Made by a program: the position numbers and the translations under genes. This document shows positions 50,395 to 62,399 of a stretch of 64,000 nt of DNA, piece after piece. The DNA is taken from positions 10,170,001 through 10,234,000 of the forward strand of contig CM075988.1 of assembly GCA_038087875.1 (NCBI GenBank). Direction: 5' to 3'. Source of the DNA: Malacoraja senta. Taxonomy: Eukaryota. The stretch's first letter is position 1; each line of letters opens with the position of its first letter. A model generated the notes under the pieces. That model worked only from the letters and a program-made list of their open reading frames with translations. It searched no databases and was not told the origin of the DNA.

Positions 50395-50660
50395 GTGAGC
50401 AAAACTCAAAGTGCTGCAGTAACACAGTAGCATCTGTGGGGGGAATGTTTAGGCAATGTTTTGGATCAGGACCCTTCTTCAGACTGAAGGACTAAAGACT
50501 AAAGAAGGGTCCCGTCCTGAAATATCACCAGACTTCAGAAGAGGTCTAACCCAAAATGTTGCCTATCCATTCCCTCCACAGGCTGCCTGACCTGCTGAGT
50601 TCCTCCAGCACTTTGTGCTTTTCTCAAGATTCCAGCATCTGCAGTTCCCTGTGCCTCCAT
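50395..50660. mobile_element. Penelope fold-back unit with three degenerate hammerhead motifs
   Basis: inverted pLTR arms; motifs near 50455 (-), 50500 (+), 50535 (+). Confidence 0.6.
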
Positions 50661-51207
50661 GTCTGACTCTTGTGCTGGAACCTCCCTGTACTCTGACGCA
50701 TTCAGGAGTATCTTCTTATGCTGAGAACAAAGAGGGACCCAGCAGCATAGGCCACTGAGAATGAAGGGGGGCCAACATGTCTCTAATGAGTACTTGTGTT
50801 ACTTTGTTAGCACCAGAAACGGGGCAACTCTTTGTGTACTTTGTGTATTGTACGTAAAGACAAAGAATTCCACTACATGTGACAATAAAGTATCATTGAA
50901 TCACTGAATAATTAAATTATGGTTTTATATGACATCATAGCTTATCAGTTTCATGAATTTAACACAGGGCAAAGCATTTAGATAAAAGTATTTAAAAATA
51001 ATACAGATATTCGAGATATGAAGTAAAACAGAAAGTGGTACAAACATTCAAGTGTTGAGGCAGCGTCTATGGAATGAGAAACAGAGTTATTAATTCTGGA
51101 TATTAAACGATCTTTCTACAAAGATGATATTAGGTAATTGAGCTGAAAAGCTATGGAATGCTCCTCATGCCACAGATGTTCTTAACCTGCTCAGTATTTA
51201 CATTCCA

Positions 51208-51515
51208 GGGGTGGCACAGTGGCGCAGCGGTAGAGTTGCTGCCTTACAGCACCAGAGACCTGGGTTCAATCCTGACTACGGGTGCTGTCTGGACGGAGTT
51301 CGTACGTTCTCCCCGTGACCTGTGTGGGTTTTCTCCGGGATCCCCGGTTTCCTCCCACACTCCAAAGAGGTACAGGTTTGTAGGTTAATTAGCTTGGTAT
51401 AAGTGTAAATTGTCCTTAGTGGAGAGTGTTAGTGTGTGGGAATCGCGGGTCGGCGTGGACTCGGTGGGCCGAAGGACCCGTTTCCACATTGTATCTCTGA
51501 ACTAAAAAAAACTAC
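51208..51515 (+). mobile_element. V-SINE, full length
   Basis: A/B boxes, V core, CR1-like tail. Confidence 0.85.
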
Positions 51516-52261
51516 TTTCTGTTAAATCAGATAAATGTCTCAAAAATTGGAAACTGTAGATTTTTCTATTCTGCTGAAATTTTATTGCCAGCAAACTTTG
51601 GAGATTGTGTTTTATTATCAGACAATCATGAAATAAGATAGAAGGTGAAAATGTGAAATTAAAACAGAAAATGGCAACAACAAAAACACATTCATAAGGT
51701 CAGGCATATGACTGGAGGGAGAGAAGCAGAGTTAATGTTTTAGGTCTATGACTCTTCACAGTTTAAAGTGCCAGCATGCTTTTATTTGTTGTTTTTTTCC
51801 CATTTCTGTTACTACCCACCTTCACCAACTAACCAGACAGTTCCATGAGCATCGTATCATCTGCACTACATTTGGCATACAATTACAGACATTCCCTTTG
51901 TTCTTTACACACCTCTTCCCAAGTCCTCCTGCAACTTAATACATGCTTATTTTCTCACTCTTCTAATCCTGATCAAAGGCGATTCACTTATTTTTCTGGC
52001 TAGGCATTAGAGAGATCTGATTCAAAATTTTCCACACTTTTAAGAATTGGGAACCAGTTTAACACTAGGTATTAATTTTACTTTGGAGTCACGTGAGTGA
52101 CTACGTGAAGAAGACCCGTCAGGGCGCATGCGCGTCATTACGTCAGACGCATTGGCGCTCACGGACGTCGTTTTTACAACTCCAAGGTAAGTAAAACACT
52201 TTTTGGGAGTTTTTTAGGTCCGTTTGCTGTGGCGGTCTGTTGCGATTTTTTCACAGGCACC

Positions 52262-53795
52262 ATGAACAAAACGGGCAAGGGCAAGAGGCGAGCCGCAAAG
52301 CCGATAGAGAGCCGCGGGAATGCGGTTGGTGAAGGGCTGCCTCATACCCCTGTAACAGTCGCCGGCTGGGAGCGGGGCGACTGTGGACTTGTGTATTTAG
52401 AAAAAGAACGGAGCCAGCATCAGTTGGGCGCTAGCCAACATGCAAGTCAGGTCCATGGAGCAAGAGTCAGTTTGGGATTCACCTCCAAGGCTGGATACCA
52501 CTTTCTGAGTGGATATTCCAAATGGAGAACCTGTACACAGGTTGCTCCAACAAGACATACTCCAGGAGGAGTGATGTCAGAGCCAGGCTGCAGAAGCAAG
52601 GGGTGCTTGATAGCACCCTCATTGATGAGGCGCATGCACAGGGTCAGCAGAGTTATCCGATACAAGCGAAGACGGCAGCTGCCAGATGTTCTATTCCTGG
52701 CAGTACGATTCGCTGCTCTGTGAGAGTTCTGACCATCACTCTGACGGTGAGGCCGATACAAGCGAAGATGGCAGCTGGCAGATGTTCTACTCCTGGCAGT
52801 ATGATTCGCTGCCCCGTCAGAGTCAGGAGAGCCACTGGGAGAAGAAGTGGCCTCTATGATCAACTATTTTGTCTTCCATCAGCTCCAGTTGCTTACGATG
52901 GATGAAAATGCCAAAAAAGCACGAGACCCCAAGGAACTACGTATTGCTGAAAGTACTAGCAGTGAACCAAGATATAAGGGGTCAGATGGGCGAGGGGATG
53001 TGAGCCTAAGAAATAAAACTGCAGAGAATATTGAAGCTGCTGGGTTGAGAAACAACTGCATTTTTGCAAGAACAATGGATGGAGGCCAGGAATGGAGATG
53101 CATCAAGAGGCACTAGGATTGCTATGTAGCGCCCACTTCGAGATGAATAGTTTCAGGAAGTATGCCATTCGGCCCACCATCAACCGCAAGTTGCAGCAAC
53201 TCTGTAAAGCCCAGTAATGTGCAGTCACTCAACTTACTCTTCGGAGAAAAACCTCACGAAACGTGGGAAAGAGTTGGATGATGAGGCAAAAACAGCAAGG
53301 TTGATCAAAACATCGATGGTCAGCAAGTCTGTGAAGAGGACGTATCCTTTCAGACATCATACGGAATCCTGGGCCTACACCATTGTCGACCATTGAAGCA
53401 GGGGCGCAGTTGGCGTCTTGCGGCGGGAACACAAAAAAGCGTGGGGTTTCCTGCCAGGAGCCGGGGACCACAGGTCACTCAGGTGACAAAGGAGGTAGGT
53501 GGACCTGGTTCTCATGGGAACAGACAGATATTGGAAGCAAATTACTTCAGGTTCATTATTCTGAGTATTATTCAAAGGTTTCGAATTGATTCGATCCAAA
53601 TAGTGATTTGCCATCCAGCATGTTCCTTGCAGAACACTCCAAATTCACTAAAAGAAGTGATGGAGGTTCAAGCTGAATTTGAAAACTTGTCTATAAAAAA
53701 GTAATTGAAAGGTTGGTTTATCAAAACCACCAAATTGTGTTTAAATTTTCTCGACCTAAAAAGGTGAGGAGTATTTTAGATCTGACAAGTCTTTA
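52262..53795 (+). pseudogene. DIRS gag-like ORF remnant and N-terminal part of RT
   Basis: Kozak-context ATG at 52262; RT start-like ILSIIQRFRID...EVQAEFENLSIKKVIE...RPKK.RSILDLTSL ending at the L1 junction. Confidence 0.6.
52657..52824 (+). repeat. 96-bp tandem duplication in DIRS gag region
   Basis: ccgatacaagcgaaga.ggcagctg.cagatgttcta.tcctggcagta.gattcgctgc at 52657 and 52753. Confidence 0.85.
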
Positions 53796-53979
53796 AACTT
53801 CCGGTGGCGCCATGGAGCTGTAAGGGTGCAGCATTGAGCTCCTCTCCCGTTAAAATCGCGAAAAAGCCGTTTTGAGAGACAGGACTGATTTTAAAAAACT
53901 CACCGGAGCTTCCTGGCGTCGCGTAAGTGACGCCATCAGAAATCAACGCGAAAAATCGGGAGTTTAACGGGAGTTTTAA

Positions 53980-54914
53980 ATGAGCAAAGAGAAACGCTCA
54001 CGAGCACCTAAGAAAGCTACTATCAGTCTCCATCTTCGGGAAGTTTTGGAAACTCTGCAAACGACAGCAGAAAGTTCAGAAGAAGAGTCTTACTTCCAAG
54101 GAACTGTGTCTGAAATGGAGAAGGAGATGAAGCAAATGCTAGCAGAAATGAATGCTACAATGAATACTACACTGGCAAAAATGGAGAGTATGGAGACTAA
54201 TATGGACAGTATGGAGACTAATCTTTCTAAAAAAATTGACTTTGCTTGTGGTGAGTTAAAGGAGCTGAAGAAGCAGCATAAGGAGCTTGATTAAAAAATT
54301 AACGTTAGAATGTGCTAAAATGGAAAAAGATTATAATAAGAAATTTAATAAGATAAATGATAACACAAAAAAGTCTGATAAGCTGATGGAAGAGATGGAG
54401 ACTGTAATGAAAGAGATGGCTTTGGAAATAACGAGTCTGATAAAAGCACAAAAATCTGAGGGGGAGCAACTCGTGAGAATGACTGATAAATGTTTGGACT
54501 TGGAGGCGAGATCAAGAAGGCAGAATTTAAGAATTGTTGGAGTAAAGGAAGGACAAGAGGGGCGTGGACCTCAAACACGTACTTTCGTTGCTGACTTGTG
54601 AAATTCCTCGACATCTCTTCACTGGAAAATATATTGAATAAGATTACCCATGGGGAGAATCTTACATATCTTGGGGATAATATTAGATTCTTCCGTGATT
54701 ATCCCCTTGAGGTCATTCAAAAAAGGAACTTGTGACAAGAAATATTCTGAAAGGAATACCCCAAGTGAGATATGGGGTGGTCTACCCAGCAAAAATGAAG
54801 ATTACTGATAAGGACACTGAACGCTCATTTACAGTTCCCGAAAAGGCTTTTAAGTACACACAGGATATCGTAAAGAAAACAGTGGTTGAAGATGACGACA
54901 AGGATGAATATTGA
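53980..54914 (+). pseudogene. L1 ORF1 (coiled coil, partial RRM, CTD), frameshifted
   Basis: heptad-rich region, DLEARSRRQNLRIVGVKEG, YGVVYPAKMKIT. Confidence 0.85.
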
Positions 54915-56046
54915 ACTTTTTAATACAAGATTTTGCTCTAATTAAGATGGCGGACCTTTTCCAGACAGTTACCAGATATGCTTATCCGTCTGGAATGTGT
55001 TTTCGAGAGTACAGTCCATGTTTCACCTTGAATGAAAAACTTAAAGATAAACAAATAGGACGTTGAAGATACAGAATTAATGAGGGAATTAATAAGGGAC
55101 ATGGAATGAGACATTATTGATTGGAATATAAAAATTTGTTGATTTAAGAAAATCTTTAATTACTATATTTTAATGATAAATAATCAATTAATCTAACAAA
55201 TTTAATAATACTAATTATCTGTTAATGTAAGTTGCAAATATGAATAACCCATGATGTGGGGAAGGAGATAATGGGAGTGTACATAATTTTGATTTCATAA
55301 ATTTAAAATAGTTAAGGGAAAAGAACTAATATTGATGATATATACTAATATACAGTAATTAACTAAAATGTTCATAATAATACTAAAACTAATATTGTGT
55401 GTGAAGGAGGCAGGCAGAGTATACACTTGGAAAAGATCCAGATGCATGGTTTTGTTTAACCCCTTGGTACCTGCTTGTATTAAAGTTAAAGAATGGGATA
55501 TAATGTAAGAACTTTGGGTGGATATATATGGTAAAATTTAGATTAATGTTAGATAAATTGGAAAGGCATATATACTTATAGAACTGAACACGTTGTGTTT
55601 TATTTTTGGTTTTTTATTTTTTACTTTTTTTTCTGAATTCTTTCTGTTTTTATTGGCTCTGGTTTGATAATTTTTTTTTTTTTATAAACATATGAAACGG
55701 TCCGCAGCCTTTTACGAGACTCTGTTAAGGGGATGGAGCTCAATGTACAACAACATCAACGGAAGTCCGTACATTTTTCGCCACCTTAGGTGGCTATTCG
55801 TTTTTAAGGTATCTTTTCTTAGATACCTTAACATCACTTTTTTTTTTAAATCACTATAAAGATTTCTATTTGTTTAATTTTTTTGTAACCAATTTCACAT
55901 TACATTTTTTCTTTTTTTTTTCTAAGGTATTATACAGGAAGGAGATGTAACATAAATTTAAAAAAATTCAGGACGACCACCCAGCACCCTGAGTTCTGAG
56001 GTATTTGGTTGCACCATACGAGTCAAAAACACTATATTGATATATA

Positions 56047-59000
56047 ATGCAAGACAATAGACAAATAAAGAATGGAGGAATTACATTCTGTAGTTGGAAT
56101 ATAAGGGGTGCTAATGAACCAATTAAGAGGCATAAAATTTTTGCCCAATTAAAATCTTTGAATTGTGACATGATGTTTTTGCAGGAAACACACATGAAAC
56201 AACAAACACAGATGAGATTGAAGGCGAATTGGATAGGTCAAACATATTATTCTTCAATTACTTCTAAATCTAAAGGTACGGCTATTATTATTCGGAAAGG
56301 TATACCATTTAAATTAAAGAATACTATTTCAGATAAAGAGGGAAGGTATATTATAGTTGCGGGAGCAATTTATTCAACCCCACTGACTATGATAAATATT
56401 TACGCTCCGAACTTTGACAACCCCCAATTTTTAAATAAAATTATAGATATAATATCAGAGCTTAATTACCAAAATGTAATAATAGGGGGGCACTTCAATT
56501 GTGTTTTAGATCCATACTTAGACAAATCAGTAAAACAAAGGAGGGGTAATTTAAAATCTAAGACTAGTGAACTTTTAAATACATATATAAAAAATACTAA
56601 TATAACAGACGTATGGAGAACTGCTAATCCAACTGGAAGGGAATACTCGTTTTACTCATCGGTACATAAAACTTATTCACGAATTGATTATTTTTTAGTG
56701 GATATAAAATTAATTCCATATACAATTAATCCTTCATACCACACCAGTATTATTTCCGATCACTCCCTGTTGACATTTCTATTAAAATTTGAGGGAATGC
56801 CGGGTAAAAAATCTTTTTGGAGGTTTAATACACAAATTTTAAATGACCCACAAGGTTATAAATATTTAAAACAACAAATGAAACTTTTTTTTGAGACAAA
56901 TGAAACACCAGGTATTTCACCTTCTTTATTATGGGAAACTTTCAAGGCATTTATCAGAGGAGTTATAATCTCATATCAAATTTTTCAAAATAAAAAGAAT
57001 AAGACAGAACAACTGATGCTAGAAAAAGAAATTAGACAATTAGAGTTAGATAATGCCAAAGATCCAACTACAGATAAACATAATAAGATAATACTACTGA
57101 AATTTAAACTTAATTGAATTTTATCGGCAAGAGTAATAAGATTATTCCAAATTACAAAACAGGAACATTTCGAATTTGGTGACAAACCACATAAACTCTT
57201 AGCTCGTCAATTGAAAAAACAAGAAAAGGAAAACACTATCACGAAAATCAAATCAGAGCAAGGTGAATTACTAATATTACCTAAGGATATTAACAATAGA
57301 TTTGCTCAATTTTATCAATATTTATATACATCTAAAACTAAAATATAAGATAGTAAAATTATAAATTTTTTAGATAACTGTAATCTTCCAAAACTTGATC
57401 TTTCGTAACAAGAGGTATTAGGAGCTCAGATTACACTTGAAGAAATAGGTGAAACAATAAAATCGTTGAAAAATGGTAAGACGCCTGGACCAGATGGTTT
57501 TAGTAACGAATTTTATAAAAGATTTCACGAGATAACGGCTCCATACTTACTTAATTTATATACTCACGCCTTTAAAGAAAATAAACTACCAGAAACATTA
57601 GCTGAATCAACTATTACGCTTATACCAAAAAAAGATAAAGATTTAGATGAACCGGGCTCATATAGAGCTATATCACTTTTAAATACAGATCAGAAAATTT
57701 TAGCAAAGACTTTAGCAAGAAGATTGAGTAAATACATTAGTAAATTGATAAATACTGATCAAACGGGGTTTATACCCAAAAGACATTCATTTAATAATTT
57801 GAGACGCCTGTTTAATATAATGTACTCACATAAAACGGAGGAAGAAGATATATCAATTGTTTCTCTGGACGCAGAGAAAGCATTTGGCAGTATTTATATA
57901 AAGTACTGCAAAAATTTAATATGGGAGAGAATTCTATTGTATGGGTAAAATTATTATATGATAAACCGACGGCAAGAATATATTTTTTTTTTTTTTTTTT
58001 TTTTAATTTTTATTTATTAGAAGTACATTACATCACAGCCACATACATTAATACTCGTCATTTATATCTTCTTACAATTAATGTACTCCCTTTATTTATT
58101 TTTTTACACTAAAGAAAGAAAAGATTGAAAGAGAGAAGAAAGTGAAGGAAAAAGTGCAAGTGTAGAAAAGTGTAGAAAATGTAACAACAAAAAAGGACGA
58201 AGACCCTATGAGAGCGAAATTAAAAACAAAAAGAAAAAGAGTTAAGAAATAGGCCCTAAGAAAAGAAAAGAGAAAGAGAAAAAAAGAAAAACAAATGTTT
58301 TTTTTTGAGCATCACGTAAATAGGACATACCAACTCTTCAACTATCATCCCCCCTTACCCGACCTCAATTTTTTATTTTTTTAAAGTACTTTTGCACCCT
58401 ATGTTTGTAATAATTCTATAAATGCAGACCACGTCAGGTGGAAGTGATCTGGTTTACCTGCTAGGAGGAGTCTTATCTCTTCAAGGTGTAGTGTTTCAAA
58501 CATATTTGAAATCCACATATTTATAGTTGGTATTGGAGCCTTCTTCCAAAATTTTAGAATTAGCTTTTTTCCAGTTATTAACCCATAATCCATTAATTTC
58601 TTTTGAAACACATTTAGTTCTGGATCATCTTCCGTTATTCCGAAGATAATCCATTCTGCTTTGGGTATCAGTCTTGTTTTAAATAACTTTGTAAAGATTT
58701 CAAAAATTTCATTCCAAAATTTTTGAATTTTTGTACAGAAGACAAATGAGTGCGCTATAGTTGCTTCTTGGGATTGACATTTATCACAAATAGATGATAC
58801 GTTTGGGAAAATTTTATGAATTTTAGTTTTCGAATAATATAATCTATGTAAAATTTTAAATTGTATTAAAGTGTGTCTTACATTAATCGAGCATTTATGT
58901 ACTTTTAATAAGTATTCATTCCAACTTTCCTTTGAAATTTTAATAGCTAACTCTTGTTCCCAGTCTCTTCTGATACCCTCCGTAGATGGTATTTGTACAT

Positions 59001-60990
59001 TTAAGATAATATTGTACAAATATGATATTAAGTTTGCTGATTCCGCTTTTATCTGCATTGCCTCGTCCAGTACATCTGCTGGGTTATTATGATGATCTTT
59101 TATATATTTTTTCAAATAGTCGCATATTTGAAAGTATTTAAAATATTGATTATTTCCGAGTTTATATTTTATTTGTAATTGTTGAAATGAAAGTAATTTT
59201 CCAGTTTCATACAAGTCACCAAGCGTTTTAATTCCTAGTCTATCCCATTGTGTATAAGCTTTATCTATAATAGAAGGACTAAACGAAGGGTTATTGACTA
59301 TAGGTAATAAAAGTGATAAGTTTCTTAATTTTAAATTTTGTTTTATTTGTTTCCAAATACGGATTGTACTAGACGGCAAGAATATTAACCAATAATATGT
59401 TATGTCCAAAATTTCAATTATCAAGGGGCAATAGGCAGGGATGTGCATTATCACCTCTGTTATTTGCCCTTATGATAGAGCCTCTGGCTGAAAGTATAAG
59501 AATTCATCCGAATATTCAGGGATATAATACTAGGGACTCAAATAATAAAATTTCATTATATGCAGACGATATACTTTTATACATTACAAATTCACAAACG
59601 AGCATACCAAACTTATTAAATTTAATAGAGGAATTCGGTTCCTTTTCTGGATATAGAATAAATTGGAATAAAAGTGAAATCATGACGTTAAAACCTCAAG
59701 AATCTACACACCTATTAATATTCCCCTTTAAACTCGCAACAGAAAAATTTAAGTATTTGGGTATTTAAATTACTAGAAAATATAAAGCATTATTTAATGC
59801 TAATTTTATGCCTTTATTAAATAAACTCAACGCTTTGATTAAATTCTGGAAAACACTTCCCTTTATCATTAATAGGTCGAATAAAAGCTATAAAAAATGA
59901 TCTTTTTACCACAATTATTATACCTATTTCAATCTATACCATTATATATACCAAAAAACTTTTTTTTTAAACTAGACTCTAATATTACTAATTGTATTTG
60001 GGACTATAGATCACACAGAATTCAAAGAAAACACTTGTGTAAACCAAAAGATGCTGGGGGACTTTCACTTCCGAACTTAGGAGCGATCCTATTCTCCCCG
60101 ATAAAATTGAACAACACAATATATAAGAACAACCCAATTACACATGATACAATAAGAATTTGGAAACAAATAAAATTATCTTTAAAATTAAGAAACCTAT
60201 CATTGTTAATGCCAATAGTGTATAATCCTTTATTTAAACCATCTCTTATTGATAAAACATATAATCAATGGGAAAGAATGGGAATTAAAAGGATCGGTGA
60301 TATGTATGAAATGGGAAATCTGTTATCATTTCAACAATTACAATTAAAATTTAATCAGAAAAATAACCAATATTTTAAATATCTTCAGATTTGCGACTTC
60401 ATGAAGAAATACATACAAAGATATCAAAACATAACTTTAGATCGACTGGAAGAAGCAATGAATATTAAGGCTGACTCACAGAAATTAATATCATATTTAT
60501 ATAATAGTATTTTAAATATAGACCTACCATCGACAAAGGCACTTAGAGAAGAGTGGGAAGGAGAATTAATGATAAAAATCACAAAGGAAACATGGGAAAA
60601 GTATTTGATATATATACACAAATGTTCGATTAATGTAAGACATAATTTAATTCAATTAAAAATTTTACATAGATTATATTATTCAAAAACTAGATTGAAT
60701 AAATTCTATCCAAAACGTCCCCCAATTGTGATAAATGTTTATCCCAAAATGCAACTATAACACACTCTTTTGTTTCCTGCATAAAACGTTATAAATTTTG
60801 GAGTGATATTTTTGAAATATTTACAAAATTATTCAATATAAAATGGAACCTAATACTGAAATGATTATATTTGGAGTAATGGAAGATGGGAATAAATTGA
60901 ACTCATCTCAATTTTTTTTTTAAATTATGTGTTAATAATGGCAAAAAAACATACTTACATTTTGGAAAAATACACCCATACCAACTTCTT
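56047..60990 (+). pseudogene. L1 ORF2 (APE endonuclease, RT, Cys-rich C-terminus), with stops, frameshifts and a nested insertion
   Basis: SWNIRG, FLQETH, NIYAPN, YSRIDYF, SDH; KTPGPDGF, SLDAEKAF, GNRQGCALSPLLF, LYADD. Confidence 0.9.
57982..59371 (-). mobile_element. 5'-truncated L1 of a related subfamily, antisense within the host L1
   Basis: poly(T) at ~57983-58004, open ORF2 C-terminus 58399-59371 (CDKC...H...C), 14-bp TSD gacggcaagaatat at 57968-57981 and 59372-59385. Confidence 0.92.
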
Positions 60991-61219
60991 TTCTTCTTTT
61001 CTTCACCTTTCTTCTTTCACCCTTTTTCCCTTCTCACACACTATATATCACATGTTTTTCTATCTTTTATTACCTATTCTCTCTTTTCCTTTTCATTATA
61101 AAAAAAAAATAAGAAGCTGTACATAAAATGTAATATGTCAATATATATTAGGCACTTTGGTGCCATATGAATGTACTTACTTCTAATAAAATAAAAATAT
61201 TTTAAAAATATATATATAT

Positions 61220-62385
61220 TTTTGTGGTATAGACACTTCAAAATGGAGACTTTGGGACTGCCAAACAACTTATTTCAAAATATGTTATATGGCACCTATA
61301 GATTTGAAATATGTATATTACTCAGTAATATACATCTGTTCATTTGTAAGATAAAAATATTTGAAATTTATCTGAATGAAACAATTATGGCAATTCAAAG
61401 TTCTGTCTAATGGGTTAACTTCAGTTCCTAGAATTTCACTAAATTGGTCAAACCAATTTTGGGGCTAATTAGAGTCCAAGGACAGATGTTGATAGCAAAA
61501 TGAAAAGGCACTAAGATGCATGGTGGCCATTTTGATAGGCCATGCAGTTAAACAACAAATGCTGCTTCTGGTTTGCAGTGGTGGATTTAACATGTCCCCA
61601 GTAGTTCGAGCAAGATACTGATTGAACAGCCTTCCATGGTCTTACAGACTGATGTCAGTGCATTAGGATTGGTGCCACTGAAATGGTATCCATCTGTGGA
61701 CAGATGGAATATGGAAGAGGCATTATTTTTTGCAGACATGGAGAATCAACGTTTTACAGCTGTTGGAAGGCTTATGAGCTCCAAGCTTGTTGTTAATACA
61801 ACTAATCTGCATGTTCAGCTTCAAATTAACAATACTACAGCAATGGCATGTTTTTATCGTATAGGGTGGAATTAAGTCAGAGTCATGTGACAAATTGGGT
61901 AATCAAATCTGGACTTGGTGTGTTGACAAATATTTGGTTTCAGCTCTTTATCTACCAGGTAGATTCAATATAGTAGCAGACACCAGGTTACGGGAATTTC
62001 CATGATAACAAAGAATGGATGTTGAATCTTAAGATTTTAATGATATAGTAGTCAGATTTGGGATGCCAGATACGACTTGTTTCCATCCAGACTCAATCAC
62101 CAGTTAAAGAGATATGTGTTATGGGAACTACATCGGGAGACAGTAGCGATTGATGCTTTCTCGCTACATTAGGATGGTATGTTTTTATATGCATTTTCCA
62201 TCAATAGTCTCATAAACCGGTGTCTGCTTAAAATGAAGCAGGATGCTGCCTCTGGGGTACTGGTGGTACCAGACTGGTCTACGCAGCCATGGTTCCCTTT
62301 GATATTGGAATTAATGACACCGTTTCTGATAAAGGTTCCCAAAAGAAGGGATTTACTGGTGTATCTGATAATTGGAGAGTAACAT
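61220..62385 (+). pseudogene. DIRS RT (continued), RNase H and methyltransferase-like domain remnants
   Basis: YRHFKMETL, YMAPIDLK..YYSV, NGLTSVPR.FTKLVKP, LQTDVS, NNTTA, YLPGRFNIVAD, DLFPSRLNHQL, IDAF, GVLVVPDWSTQPWFP; the YLDD segment appears deleted near 61490. Confidence 0.82.
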
Positions 62386-62399
62386 CCGTTATATGCCTG

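Larger units (their letters stand above)
53797..61219 (+). mobile_element. L1-clade LINE, apparently full length, inactive
   Basis: CpG-rich 5' UTR starting acttccggtggcgccatgg, ORF1, ~1.1 kb spacer, ORF2, AATAAA and A/AT tail at ~61185-61219; DIRS RT resumes after it. Confidence 0.9.

Noticed and set aside
3826..50560. CRISPR-like array suggested by the recurring 28-bp hairpin motif
   Set aside because: Copies are dispersed, on both strands, embedded in longer pLTR homology, without regular spacers or cas genes, in eukaryotic DNA
57982..59371. Twin-priming inversion or mis-assembly of the host L1
   Set aside because: The segment has its own poly(A), 3' UTR and 14-bp TSD and is diverged from the host's intact 3' region, so it is an independent insertion
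53792..61206. TTTAAA as TSD of the host L1
   Set aside because: Six AT-only bases within an AT-rich tail are not significant; exact boundaries remain uncertain by ~15 bp
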